Below are positions 20,628-29,461 of a DNA stretch of 64,000 bases, piece after piece. Under the pieces are notes generated by a model. That model was not told the DNA's origin, searched no databases, and saw nothing but the letters and a program-made list of their open reading frames with translations. The stretch covers positions 62,001 through 126,000 of the IMG/VR virus record IMGVR_UViG_3300024259_000010; one strand, 5' to 3'. The position numbers and the translations under genes are program-made. The stretch's first letter is position 1. The number at the start of each line of letters is the position of its first letter.

Positions 20628-21353
20628 ATGGCTAAAAAGAAAAAGAAGAAACCAGCTCAGGAGAGTACCAATATGGAAAATGTAGGAAATGAAGAAAGCA
20701 CTGAAGTAACCGAATCTGTAGAAGTTTCAGAGGAGGTTGTGGATGAAACATCTGAAACAAATGAAGAAGCATCGGTTGAAGAAACTGTTGCTAGTGAACA
20801 AGTCTCTGACGAGGAACAATCGGAAGAAGCTCCATCTGAAGAAACTGCTGAAACACCAGAAGAAGCTAAGACGGATATTGTAGAAATTGCATCAGAACTT
20901 GGTGATAAACTTTCTACTATGCCTCCAGTTGAAAAGGTTGAAGTTGTTGTTGCTAGTGAGAATGATAAGATTCGTGCTAAGTTAAGCGCATACGTTACAG
21001 CATTCCGTAAAGGTGGACAGGTTGTTAAATCCAAAGATACTATCAATAAATTCGCTGTGGAATTAACACGTATCCTTATGCTCATCCATAAGACACAAGA
21101 TGTTAAAGTACTTGATACTTATCTTGAGTTCATGGTTGAAGCACGTGATTGTAACTGTGATGTTGTTTATGCAATGGATCATATCATTAAGAATGGAACA
21201 CGTGAACGTAATTCTATTATGATCATGCATAGTACATTCAGTATTTTGGCACGTTCTGTTAAAAAGAATACACCATTTGCCATTAAAGATGAAGTTGTTC
21301 GTAAAGACCTTAACAATAAAGCTATCGTTAATTACATCTTTGCAAAGAAGTAA
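20628..21353 (+). CDS. Hypothetical (probably virion) protein with acidic N-terminus
   Basis: 241 aa, AAGGAG RBS; Glu-rich first ~85 aa. Confidence 0.6.
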   Translation: MAKKKKKKPAQESTNMENVGNEESTEVTESVEVSEEVVDETSETNEEASVEETVASEQVSDEEQSEEAPSEETAETPEEAKTDIVEIASELGDKLSTMPPVEKVEVVVASENDKIRAKLSAYVTAFRKGGQVVKSKDTINKFAVELTRILMLIHKTQDVKVLDTYLEFMVEARDCNCDVVYAMDHIIKNGTRERNSIMIMHSTFSILARSVKKNTPFAIKDEVVRKDLNNKAIVNYIFAKK

Positions 21354-21361
21354 AATAAATA

Positions 21362-21395
21362 AACTAGTACTGTGGATCACTCCACAGTACTAGTT
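21362..21395. terminator. Bidirectional terminator
   Basis: 15-bp perfect stem AACTAGTACTGTGGA, loop TCAC, between convergent genes. Confidence 0.75.
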
Positions 21396-21404
21396 ATTAA
21401 TTCT

Positions 21405-22202
21405 TTATTTTTTGAATTGCTTTAATACATTCAAATATAAGATAGGTAGTTCAGCTGCTTTGTTACATAGATCAGCAGTTAAATCAAATACAGCATTAAG
21501 CTTTTTAATATCAGTAATGTCATTATCTTTCATCATAGATATAAAACTATAAATATTAATATCATCAAACTCATTTCTAAAATCAATAGCAATAAGATTA
21601 ACAATACCTTTTACAGTATTACCAGCTTCAATAAGTTCTTCACTTGATGTCCACTGTAGAGCTTGTATATTATCCTCTCCATATGAGATGTACTCATCCT
21701 TCAATAATTCATAATTTACGATAGAATAACCCAATGATTCTAAGGTGTTATTTATCGATAGAGTATCATTTTCTGATTTGAGCAATCTTTCACATATGAT
21801 ATCTTTTAGTGATTTAAACTCAGTAAATGTAAGTAACATATCTTCTAATAATGTTTTACGATAGAATAGTACTACATCATCTTTAATTTCAAGATCTTCA
21901 GCTTTGATGGAATCGATGGAAGCAAATACTTCTTTCTGTGATTCTACCATTGATGTAATACATGAATTAATGTCAGTGAAGTACTGATGAACTTTATTAT
22001 ACAGTGCATCTTTACATAATGCTTGTAAGTCTTCAACTGAGCTTTCAGTCTGTAACACATGTTGTAATAACTTATGTGAAGATGAATCAGGAGTTGACAC
22101 CATAGCAATACAAGCTACATTGGTCATAGATTTCATTTCTTCAGTTATAGTTTCAACTCGGTTACGTAAGTTTGTTATTGTGCCATGTTGTTCTATATTC
22201 AT
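21405..22202 (-). CDS. Probable head-protein paralog
   Basis: 265 aa; segment LESLGYSIVN...IQALQW resembles FDTLGWVING...MVELGW of 7490-8404. Confidence 0.5.
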   Translation of the reverse strand: MNIEQHGTITNLRNRVETITEEMKSMTNVACIAMVSTPDSSSHKLLQHVLQTESSVEDLQALCKDALYNKVHQYFTDINSCITSMVESQKEVFASIDSIKAEDLEIKDDVVLFYRKTLLEDMLLTFTEFKSLKDIICERLLKSENDTLSINNTLESLGYSIVNYELLKDEYISYGEDNIQALQWTSSEELIEAGNTVKGIVNLIAIDFRNEFDDINIYSFISMMKDNDITDIKKLNAVFDLTADLCNKAAELPILYLNVLKQFKK

Positions 22203-22213
22203 TTTTAATTTTC

Positions 22214-23032
22214 CTATAACGAGTATTGTATAATGCTTGCAATTCGTTGGAGGTCTAATGATGCTGCTTTGCTAAACGCAGTAACCTGATCTCTATAGAC
22301 ATCAGTCAGACCTTCCCATTTTTCTAGTTGATTTTTAACAGCTGGTATTTCAATACCGTGTTTAATATGTCCAATATCCAAATTCTCAATTAGATTATTG
22401 TAACAATATATTTTTGTGGCAGTAACAGCTATTTCAGCAAATCTGTCAACAGCTTCACTATTTAGATTAGTCATCTCTGTATCATATGCAACTCTACATG
22501 TAAGTGTCCAATCAATATGTGCTCTAGGAGATGGATGTAATCTAATCATACCACCATGTAACAATTGTACATGAGGTGTAGTAGGCGATCCACCAATACC
22601 AGACTTAGATGTAAGCATAGTCTGTTGAGCTTTATCTAATGCAGATAAATGCACTCTTGGATCATGCTGATATAGAATAGTTGATTGTACTGCCCCAGTG
22701 TATGAGAAATAAGCCGGTCTGTTTCTAGGTGTGTATTGTAAACGATGTACTTCAATAATTTCACGATTGTCTCTAGCTTCAGGTGGAATTCTATAAACAG
22801 TAAAAGGAGCTTCATCCTTAACCATTTCATTCCAATCCTTCTTCAGATCAATCTGTACTGTTGTACCACCACATAAGTTACAGTCAACAAGTACAATCTC
22901 TTCAATAACTTTCTGGTGAATATCGTTAGCCATACCTAAATTATCATCGAATGCTATCTTCAAGACAAACTTAGGTAATGTGTTTAGGATTCTAGTTAAT
23001 GATGTATCTACTGCATTATTCATGTTCACCAC
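22214..23032 (-). CDS. Conserved virion structural protein (phiKZ gp139-like)
   Basis: 272 aa; VLVDCNLCGG motif as recalled for phiKZ-like phages. Confidence 0.55.
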   Translation of the reverse strand: MVNMNNAVDTSLTRILNTLPKFVLKIAFDDNLGMANDIHQKVIEEIVLVDCNLCGGTTVQIDLKKDWNEMVKDEAPFTVYRIPPEARDNREIIEVHRLQYTPRNRPAYFSYTGAVQSTILYQHDPRVHLSALDKAQQTMLTSKSGIGGSPTTPHVQLLHGGMIRLHPSPRAHIDWTLTCRVAYDTEMTNLNSEAVDRFAEIAVTATKIYCYNNLIENLDIGHIKHGIEIPAVKNQLEKWEGLTDVYRDQVTAFSKAASLDLQRIASIIQYSL

Positions 23033-23465
23033 CTATTGGAATTATTTCACCATCGAGAATCTTTTCACCGGTTGTTGAGAACTCAGCTTCAACAGCTTCC
23101 GCAGCCTTCTCCATGTTAACACTATTTTCAACTGGTTTACCACCACCATTGAGGCTAATCATATGTAATAGCTGAGTAACAGACTTAGCAATCTCTTGTG
23201 AATTAGATTCACCTTTCTGCATGAGTTGTACTTTAACATTATCGAGAGCACTCTTTTCTTTACCTTTCAGTAGTCCATCAAGACTATTGATAACGGCCAT
23301 AAAACTTTCTCGGTCTTCAGCAGAACTATCTTTAATACTGAACTTGAATTCACTAACAGCTGTGTGCAGTGTAGCGATAAGTTCATTTCTGATAACGGCT
23401 GTTGATGCAAGACTAGTGTCTAAATTGTCAAAAGCTCTCTCCATTGGACTTGCTTGTTCAGTCAT
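23016..23465 (-). CDS. Hypothetical helical protein
   Basis: 149 aa, AAGGA RBS, overlaps the downstream gene. Confidence 0.6.
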   Translation of the reverse strand: MTEQASPMERAFDNLDTSLASTAVIRNELIATLHTAVSEFKFSIKDSSAEDRESFMAVINSLDGLLKGKEKSALDNVKVQLMQKGESNSQEIAKSVTQLLHMISLNGGGKPVENSVNMEKAAEAVEAEFSTTGEKILDGEIIPIGGEHE

Positions 23466-23499
23466 TTATATATCCTTTCAATTAAATTCTATTTATATA

Positions 23500-23508
23500 C
23501 ATAAAATG
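23500..23508 (-). promoter_or_regulatory. Late-type promoter motif CATTTTATG
   Basis: The same 9-mer lies ~35 nt upstream of three minus-strand genes (also 47022 and 52528). Confidence 0.5.
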
Positions 23509-23604
23509 TTCAGTTTAATTTATATAATTATAAGGGTATTGCCGATTTATTAAAAAACTAATAATGCAATTATATGACGATCTAACTAGAAAAGGAGAAA
23601 TATC

Positions 23605-24084
23605 ATGGACGAAAATAAATTGTTTACACTCGGTAAAGAATTGGGCGAAGTCGCCGGTACTATTAATACAGCTATGGCTGACAAGAAGATTTCACTTGTA
23701 GATGGAATCGCCATCGGCAAAGAAATTGCACAACTTGGAATCTTTGCTGTTAAACATCGCGAGCTTTTAGTTGAAAGCTTTGGTAATGGAATTAGCGTTG
23801 ATGAACGCAATGACCTGAATGCAGGGTTTAAAGAAGGTTATGAAGATCCTACTGGTGAAACTGAAAACCTTGTTGAACTTATGTTTGAAGCTGCATTATC
23901 CATTGCAACTGGTATCTCGATCTTTGTTGATGTGAAGCGTGCTAAAGAACTTAAGGAAGAAGCTGAAAAAGAAGCAGCTGCTGCATCTGATGATGTAACT
24001 GAAGCTCCAGCTATTCCTGAAGAAGGTGATACTGCTGATGCAGCTGACTCTGTGGATGAACCTACAGAACCCCCCAGTGAGTAA
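23605..24084 (+). CDS. Hypothetical protein, possibly membrane-associated
   Basis: 159 aa, AAGGAG RBS; hydrophobic segments and an acidic tail. Confidence 0.6.
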   Translation: MDENKLFTLGKELGEVAGTINTAMADKKISLVDGIAIGKEIAQLGIFAVKHRELLVESFGNGISVDERNDLNAGFKEGYEDPTGETENLVELMFEAALSIATGISIFVDVKRAKELKEEAEKEAAAASDDVTEAPAIPEEGDTADAADSVDEPTEPPSE

Positions 24085-24102
24085 GTAGTTGAATATCCTA
24101 TT

Positions 24103-24142
24103 ATGTAAGGTACTAAGGGTTAATTCCCTTAGTACCTTACAT
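24103..24142 (+). terminator. Terminator hairpin
   Basis: 17-bp perfect stem ATGTAAGGTACTAAGGG with T-rich tail. Confidence 0.7.
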
Positions 24143-24181
24143 GTTTCTTTTTAACCATATTATGCAAACGAAAGGAATTAT

Positions 24182-24358
24182 ATGAGTATTAAATCTATTG
24201 CGACTATTATGTCAGCAACTGTTAAGATTATAGATAATATCAAGGAAGCTTGGAGACTTTATAATATCGAACAGACTGCCAGAAAGAAATCAAAGAAGGC
24301 TAATTCTAAATTAGGCTCATTAAGAGAACGGAATAAAAAAGCCAATGAAGATAAATAG
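24182..24358 (+). CDS. Small basic protein, 58 aa (possible i-spanin-like)
   Basis: Read manually; AAGGA RBS; MSIKSIATIMSATVKIIDNIKEAW...; overlaps the lipoprotein gene; CATATTATG at 24156. Confidence 0.5.
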   Translation: MSIKSIATIMSATVKIIDNIKEAWRLYNIEQTARKKSKKANSKLGSLRERNKKANEDK

Positions 24359-24569
24359 TATCATACTAGTGTTGATAGCTCTCCTATTCACAGGTTGTGT
24401 TAGTCCCATAACTAATGACAACAGTGAAGCACTACTAAACAGTGAACGTATTATTTGGTTATCTGATAACTTGTCAACTAACGAGTTCCAAGTCTTTGCA
24501 GACTATATGGAAGAAGAAGTAATACCTACTGTTATACAATTAGAAAAGAAGGTTGATCAATACCGATGA
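24345..24569 (+). CDS. Small lipoprotein (o-spanin-like)
   Basis: Signal peptide and lipobox MKINSIILVLIALLFTG-C. Confidence 0.6.
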   Translation: MKINSIILVLIALLFTGCVSPITNDNSEALLNSERIIWLSDNLSTNEFQVFADYMEEEVIPTVIQLEKKVDQYR

Positions 24570-24769
24570 CATTGAAACAAGTAGAGAATTCAAAATACGC
24601 ATCGCGTAAATTCTTACTATCTGTTTCCGTATTTATATGCACTACAATATTTGCATTTATGGGTAAAGTTAGTGGTAGTGACATAACAATAATTTACTCA
24701 ATCGTACTAGGTGGACATCATGCTTCTAATTTATTAGAGGGCAAAATTAAACCAAAAAAAGATGACTAA
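24566..24769 (+). CDS. Putative holin
   Basis: 67 aa; SRKF followed by two hydrophobic helices and a basic C-terminus; ATGA overlap. Confidence 0.55.
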   Translation: MTLKQVENSKYASRKFLLSVSVFICTTIFAFMGKVSGSDITIIYSIVLGGHHASNLLEGKIKPKKDD

Positions 24770-24915
24770 TAACTTTTTAATGGTACTGATTATTATATAG
24801 ATTAAGTAGGTTTGTTTTTAAAAGCGGGTGGAAGTGGAATTTCATAAATCTAAAATAAAACTATCTAAATCTGGAAGTTATTCTGACCCGTAACTTCCAC
24901 TGTCATACGACGCTG

Positions 24916-24957
24916 ATATGCTATAGGCTGTTGTGGCCTATAGCATATTATTTTTTT
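24916..24957 (+). terminator. Rho-independent terminator
   Basis: 13-bp stem ATATGCTATAGGC followed by T7. Confidence 0.7.
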
Positions 24958-25029
24958 GTCTTTCATTTTAGTTCAGATATATACTACTTATTTAGATTAA
25001 CTAATTTAAATAAATAAGAAAGGTATAAT

Positions 25030-25503
25030 ATGAAAATTGAGGAATTAATAACACATAAAGATATAATCAGTCGTTCATTGAAAGATGTGCCACATTTGGT
25101 ATACGTAGCTGATATAAGAATAGTTGATGGAGAGGTCCTGCTTTTCGATCGCATCATAGCTTCAGGTGTCGAGAAAGGAACTGCGAAGTTGCTCATCAAG
25201 AATGCTACCATCAATTTTGATGGAGTATGTTTACCGGGTCCAATTGAACTCGTAGCTGAAACATTAGAATGTTCAAATTCTATTCTTAAGGATGTACGTT
25301 CTACACAGCAATGTGCAGCAAAAGCTTCAGAATATGCCCAGAGTATTGGACATGAAAACCCATTCATAATTGTATGGATTTACACCAAGGAAAAGAAATG
25401 GGTTACATCCAGTTCTACCTGTACAACACCAACGTTACTACAGATCATGTATAATGATATTTCCAATACGGAATTAGAAGATACTACAGATCTTGAATTG
25501 TGA
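25030..25503 (+). CDS. Hypothetical protein (probably early)
   Basis: 157 aa, AAGG RBS; variant early motif at ~24976-24996; terminator-like GGGGC/GCCCC + T run at 25512-25542. Confidence 0.6.
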   Translation: MKIEELITHKDIISRSLKDVPHLVYVADIRIVDGEVLLFDRIIASGVEKGTAKLLIKNATINFDGVCLPGPIELVAETLECSNSILKDVRSTQQCAAKASEYAQSIGHENPFIIVWIYTKEKKWVTSSSTCTTPTLLQIMYNDISNTELEDTTDLEL

Positions 25504-25616
25504 TTAAATATGGGGCCGTAAAACGCCCCTAATTTTTTTTTTAATTAATTAAAATTGACATTATATACGTAGACCGGGGGATAGATATTTGATAAATATT
25601 TCAACCTGTATATAGA

Positions 25617-25626
25617 CATATATTAC
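25617..25626 (+). promoter_or_regulatory. Early-type promoter core CATATATTAC
   Basis: Repeated motif upstream of the topoisomerase B subunit gene. Confidence 0.55.
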
Positions 25627-25711
25627 TTTATTGTACAATATAATTTATAAATAGGAGTTAAGTATGAATATCAATTTCACGAGCGTTAATTTTTGGAAAG
25701 GTAGATAATTT

Positions 25712-28168
25712 ATGGCTAAGAAAAAATACTCAGATTCTTCCATTGTTTCATTGGAGGGTCTAGAACATATTAGACATCGTCCTGGTATGTATGGAGTAGA
25801 TCCATTTACTAAGCAAGGTATACATCTACTTGTAAAAGAAATACTGGACAATAGTGTCGATGAAGCCAGAATGGACCCTAATAATAAACATGTGATTAAA
25901 GTATGTTTCATTAAGAAGGGAAAAGGATTCCAATGTATCGTCCATGATAAAGGACGTGGTGTTCCATTGAACAAGATTGTCCCTGTGTTTACAAAACCTG
26001 GTACGTCTGGTAAATGGGGTGACTCTTATGATGCATCTGGTGGTACACATGGTGTTGGTGCTAAAGCAACAGTTGCTATGAGTTCCATGTTTTGTGCTAT
26101 CTCTTCAGTAGCAGGTCAAGGACGTGCAGTTCTTACTGTGAAAGATACTGATGTAACAAATCATAAAGTTGCTAAAAGCAAGAAGATTAAAGAGTCTGGT
26201 ACAACAGTTGTGTTTGAACCAGATCCTGAGATCATGCCGAACGTAATGGACTTCTTCGATGAAGATAATGCATATGATGACTTAAGATCATTGATGGAAT
26301 TCATTTCTGTATTCGTTCCAAATATTTCATTTGAGATATCAACATATTCAGTACCAGTTAAATACAAAGATCTATTAGGTGATATGAATGATATTCATAC
26401 GATGCTTAATACTCTCCCAGTTGAAATAATTGCAAATACTGAACATGTGTTAGAACGTGAACAATACTTACTTAAACAGATTGGATCTAACTCTAGAGTT
26501 ATTTGGAATGGTGGAACGGTTATACAAGAACCTATCTCTATTAAGATAACATCTGGTAAAAATAAAGATAAAGAAGAAGTCTTTAAGAAGATGAGTTATG
26601 AAGTTAATTTCTTTATGACTACAGATCATCTAATGCGACCACCGGGAACACTTGGTGCAGTAAACATGATCAACATCAATGATAAACAATCTGTACATAA
26701 CACTGGGTTAGACTTTGCTATTAAGAATAGTTTGATAGATTTTATGGAAGAAAAATATAAAGAGTTCTTTACTGACTTTTATACATTACCTATCCATAAG
26801 ATATCTATTGTCAATTGGCAACACGCTACATTCACAGGACAGCATAAACATCGGTTTACTAACAATGACTTCTCACATGGGTTTAAGAAATCTCTATCTG
26901 AACATTTTGCTCTCAAAGGCAAAGAGTATTGGAAAGAGTTATATGACCTTATCTCAGAAGATATCATTGCCAAGTATGATCGTAAAAATAAGCTTGACTT
27001 AAATCTAGCTAAGTCTGATAAGAACCTTGCGTTCGAGTTAAATACATTAGGTTGTTTCTATGAGTGTCGTTCATCTGACAGTAGTATTACAGAATTGATT
27101 ATCTGTGAAGGAGCTTCAGCTGGTGGTTGGGCTAAACAAGGACGTGATGCTGATACACAAGCTATCTTCCTATTGAAGGGTAAGCCGGTAAATGCATTAC
27201 AACTAGGTTTCCAAGCATCTATGAAGAATAAGATCTTTAATGATCTGGTTAAAGTATTAGGTACCACTCCTGGTGATACTGAACTTGAAGATCTTAGATT
27301 TGGTAAGATAGTTATTCTTGCTGATGCGGATAGTGATGGTTATCATATCTCAGCTTTGATTATCGGGATCTTGAATGAAATCAATCCACAAATATTATTG
27401 ACAGGTAAGGTTGCAATTGCAAGCCCACCATTATACATTGTGAAGATTAGAAACAATTCATTATTCGTACGTGATAAACAAGGATTGCTTGAGATTAAAT
27501 CAGAAGGTTATAAAGCAGTATTTGATATCAAACTTGTAACGGATGGGAACATAGCAAAAGCATATTCACTAAGATCAGATTATTATAAATCGTTCTGTCA
27601 TATGGTTGAGCATATCGGTTCTATCTTTAATAAAGTTGGTAATAAACTAAATATTGACGCTATTATCCTAGAGCAACTTACTCACTGTATTGATGATATT
27701 GAAACTTTGAACCCTACTGCCATATGTAAGAAATTGGGACTTAAGAGCTGTACATTTGAAAAAGGTTCCAATTCATTAATTCTAGATATTGGTGAAACAG
27801 ATATCGCCGTTCCATTAAATGGTTTGGTTGAGGATGTTAAGAAGTTTATTATACCTGAGTTAAAGATGATTAATTATGATCGAATTGACTTCATGGTATC
27901 TACACGACTATCACCACTATATCAAAATGAATTAATGAGTATTACAGAACTGTACTCTATATTTGAGAAAGTTAATAGGGAGTATGGTATCACACGAATG
28001 AAAGGTCTAGGTGAGATGGATAAGAATCATCTTAAGATGACATGTCTTGATCCTGCAACTAGAACATACATTAATGTGATAGCGCCAAGCTCAGTGGAAG
28101 CTATTTACAATCTATTAGGTGTTAACACTAAAGCTAGGAAAGAACTAGTTAATAGAAATGTTAAATAA
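25712..28168 (+). CDS. gyrB: Type IIA topoisomerase B subunit (GyrB/ParE-like)
   Basis: RPGMY, EILDNSVDE, DKGRGVP, GTHGVG (GHKL ATPase); EGASA, LKGK, DADSDG, KGLGEM (TOPRIM). Confidence 0.92.
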   Translation: MAKKKYSDSSIVSLEGLEHIRHRPGMYGVDPFTKQGIHLLVKEILDNSVDEARMDPNNKHVIKVCFIKKGKGFQCIVHDKGRGVPLNKIVPVFTKPGTSGKWGDSYDASGGTHGVGAKATVAMSSMFCAISSVAGQGRAVLTVKDTDVTNHKVAKSKKIKESGTTVVFEPDPEIMPNVMDFFDEDNAYDDLRSLMEFISVFVPNISFEISTYSVPVKYKDLLGDMNDIHTMLNTLPVEIIANTEHVLEREQYLLKQIGSNSRVIWNGGTVIQEPISIKITSGKNKDKEEVFKKMSYEVNFFMTTDHLMRPPGTLGAVNMININDKQSVHNTGLDFAIKNSLIDFMEEKYKEFFTDFYTLPIHKISIVNWQHATFTGQHKHRFTNNDFSHGFKKSLSEHFALKGKEYWKELYDLISEDIIAKYDRKNKLDLNLAKSDKNLAFELNTLGCFYECRSSDSSITELIICEGASAGGWAKQGRDADTQAIFLLKGKPVNALQLGFQASMKNKIFNDLVKVLGTTPGDTELEDLRFGKIVILADADSDGYHISALIIGILNEINPQILLTGKVAIASPPLYIVKIRNNSLFVRDKQGLLEIKSEGYKAVFDIKLVTDGNIAKAYSLRSDYYKSFCHMVEHIGSIFNKVGNKLNIDAIILEQLTHCIDDIETLNPTAICKKLGLKSCTFEKGSNSLILDIGETDIAVPLNGLVEDVKKFIIPELKMINYDRIDFMVSTRLSPLYQNELMSITELYSIFEKVNREYGITRMKGLGEMDKNHLKMTCLDPATRTYINVIAPSSVEAIYNLLGVNTKARKELVNRNVK

Positions 28169-28176
28169 TTGAATAA

Positions 28177-28212
28177 ACATGGGGTATGAAATACTACCCC
28201 ATGTGATTTTTT
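28177..28212 (+). terminator. Terminator hairpin
   Basis: ACATGGGGTA/TACCCCATGT followed by T6. Confidence 0.6.
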
Positions 28213-28227
28213 AAAGGTAAAATATAT

Positions 28228-28983
28228 ATGGAACCTGAAAGCGTAATTAAAGTACCAGATAAAAACATATTTATCAATGATACAATCTTTAATATACATG
28301 AACGACTTTGTGGCAATTGTACCAACAGATTCCTTATAGAAGCATATCTATATATGATTATAAATATTCGAGAGATTGGATATAATGAAAAATTAAAACA
28401 AGTTGATCAACATTATGTTGATACAATAAAAATGATTATTCAAATGATTATAGATAGACTCACGGAATTAAACAATGGTACAATCTATGGATTTTTTATA
28501 GGTGATAATAATATCCAAAGTTATGCATCACTATTAAACTGTATTAAGTATAAAGATCATCCACTTGATGTAATACTTATGTTTTTGATTATTATAAATT
28601 ATAAGTTTAATGTATTCCTGTCAAAAGATTTAAATATAAAATCTGATGTGTGGGAAGAAATTAATATTTATAAGATATTAGTTCGCAGATCATCTGTTAT
28701 GCAAGAATCAAAAGTGGTGAACAACACTGCAGTTTTTGATAGAGTATTAGATGATGAGATGAGAATCGATAAACTTTACATGAAGAACTGGTTGATAACT
28801 AATCTGTATAATAATAGATTGTTTAACAACTTGAACAATAGAGATTATCTAGTGAACCATACCGCACTAGTATCGTTTATGTTATATTTTGTCACATATG
28901 TGTATTCCACGCAATATAGATATATAGATGAAGTGTATACGTTTCTTGATAAACATATACATGAAGTCTTATCGGATAAATAA
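28228..28983 (+). CDS. Hypothetical protein
   Basis: 251 aa, very AT-rich, AAGG RBS. Confidence 0.55.
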   Translation: MEPESVIKVPDKNIFINDTIFNIHERLCGNCTNRFLIEAYLYMIINIREIGYNEKLKQVDQHYVDTIKMIIQMIIDRLTELNNGTIYGFFIGDNNIQSYASLLNCIKYKDHPLDVILMFLIIINYKFNVFLSKDLNIKSDVWEEINIYKILVRRSSVMQESKVVNNTAVFDRVLDDEMRIDKLYMKNWLITNLYNNRLFNNLNNRDYLVNHTALVSFMLYFVTYVYSTQYRYIDEVYTFLDKHIHEVLSDK

Positions 28984-28984
28984 G

Positions 28985-29003
28985 CATATATTATTTATAT
29001 AGA
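28985..29003 (+). promoter_or_regulatory. Early-type promoter motif CATATATTATTTATATAGA
   Basis: One mismatch to the 17332 copy. Confidence 0.55.
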
Positions 29004-29023
29004 ATCTAAGCAGAAGGGTCAGA

Positions 29024-29452
29024 ATGATAAAAGAGATGTTAAAGACGTTAGATGATATCGATACGTCACAACAACCAGAAGAGGATCATCCAATCGGTGG
29101 AACTGAAGTGTTCACTGAGGATGACATATTTAAGACAGATAATATATTATCACGTCTAATGAGAGCTGTTTTTGTAAAAGAGAAAATAACTATTCAAGAG
29201 ATTACATTTAAGCAACGAGAGTTCCTAATAACAATGGATACCGATCCTGCTAAATTCTCTACAGCAAGAACAAACCTTATCGCAGCATTATGCCGAACAT
29301 CAGTTTCATTTAATAAATTCTATGAAGCTATCGTAAACATACTTGGTTACAAGATGGATATAACGGTAACACTAACAAAGAACGGTAAATCTAAATCGTT
29401 CACATATAGTGAGATTGTTCCATCTCAAAGTAACGCAGATAGAAATGTATAA
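29024..29452 (+). CDS. Small protein, possible HTH-like DNA-binding protein
   Basis: 142 aa; helical pattern ending ILGYKMDITVT, reminiscent of XRE-type domains. Confidence 0.45.
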   Translation: MIKEMLKTLDDIDTSQQPEEDHPIGGTEVFTEDDIFKTDNILSRLMRAVFVKEKITIQEITFKQREFLITMDTDPAKFSTARTNLIAALCRTSVSFNKFYEAIVNILGYKMDITVTLTKNGKSKSFTYSEIVPSQSNADRNV

Positions 29453-29461
29453 AGGAGTGAT

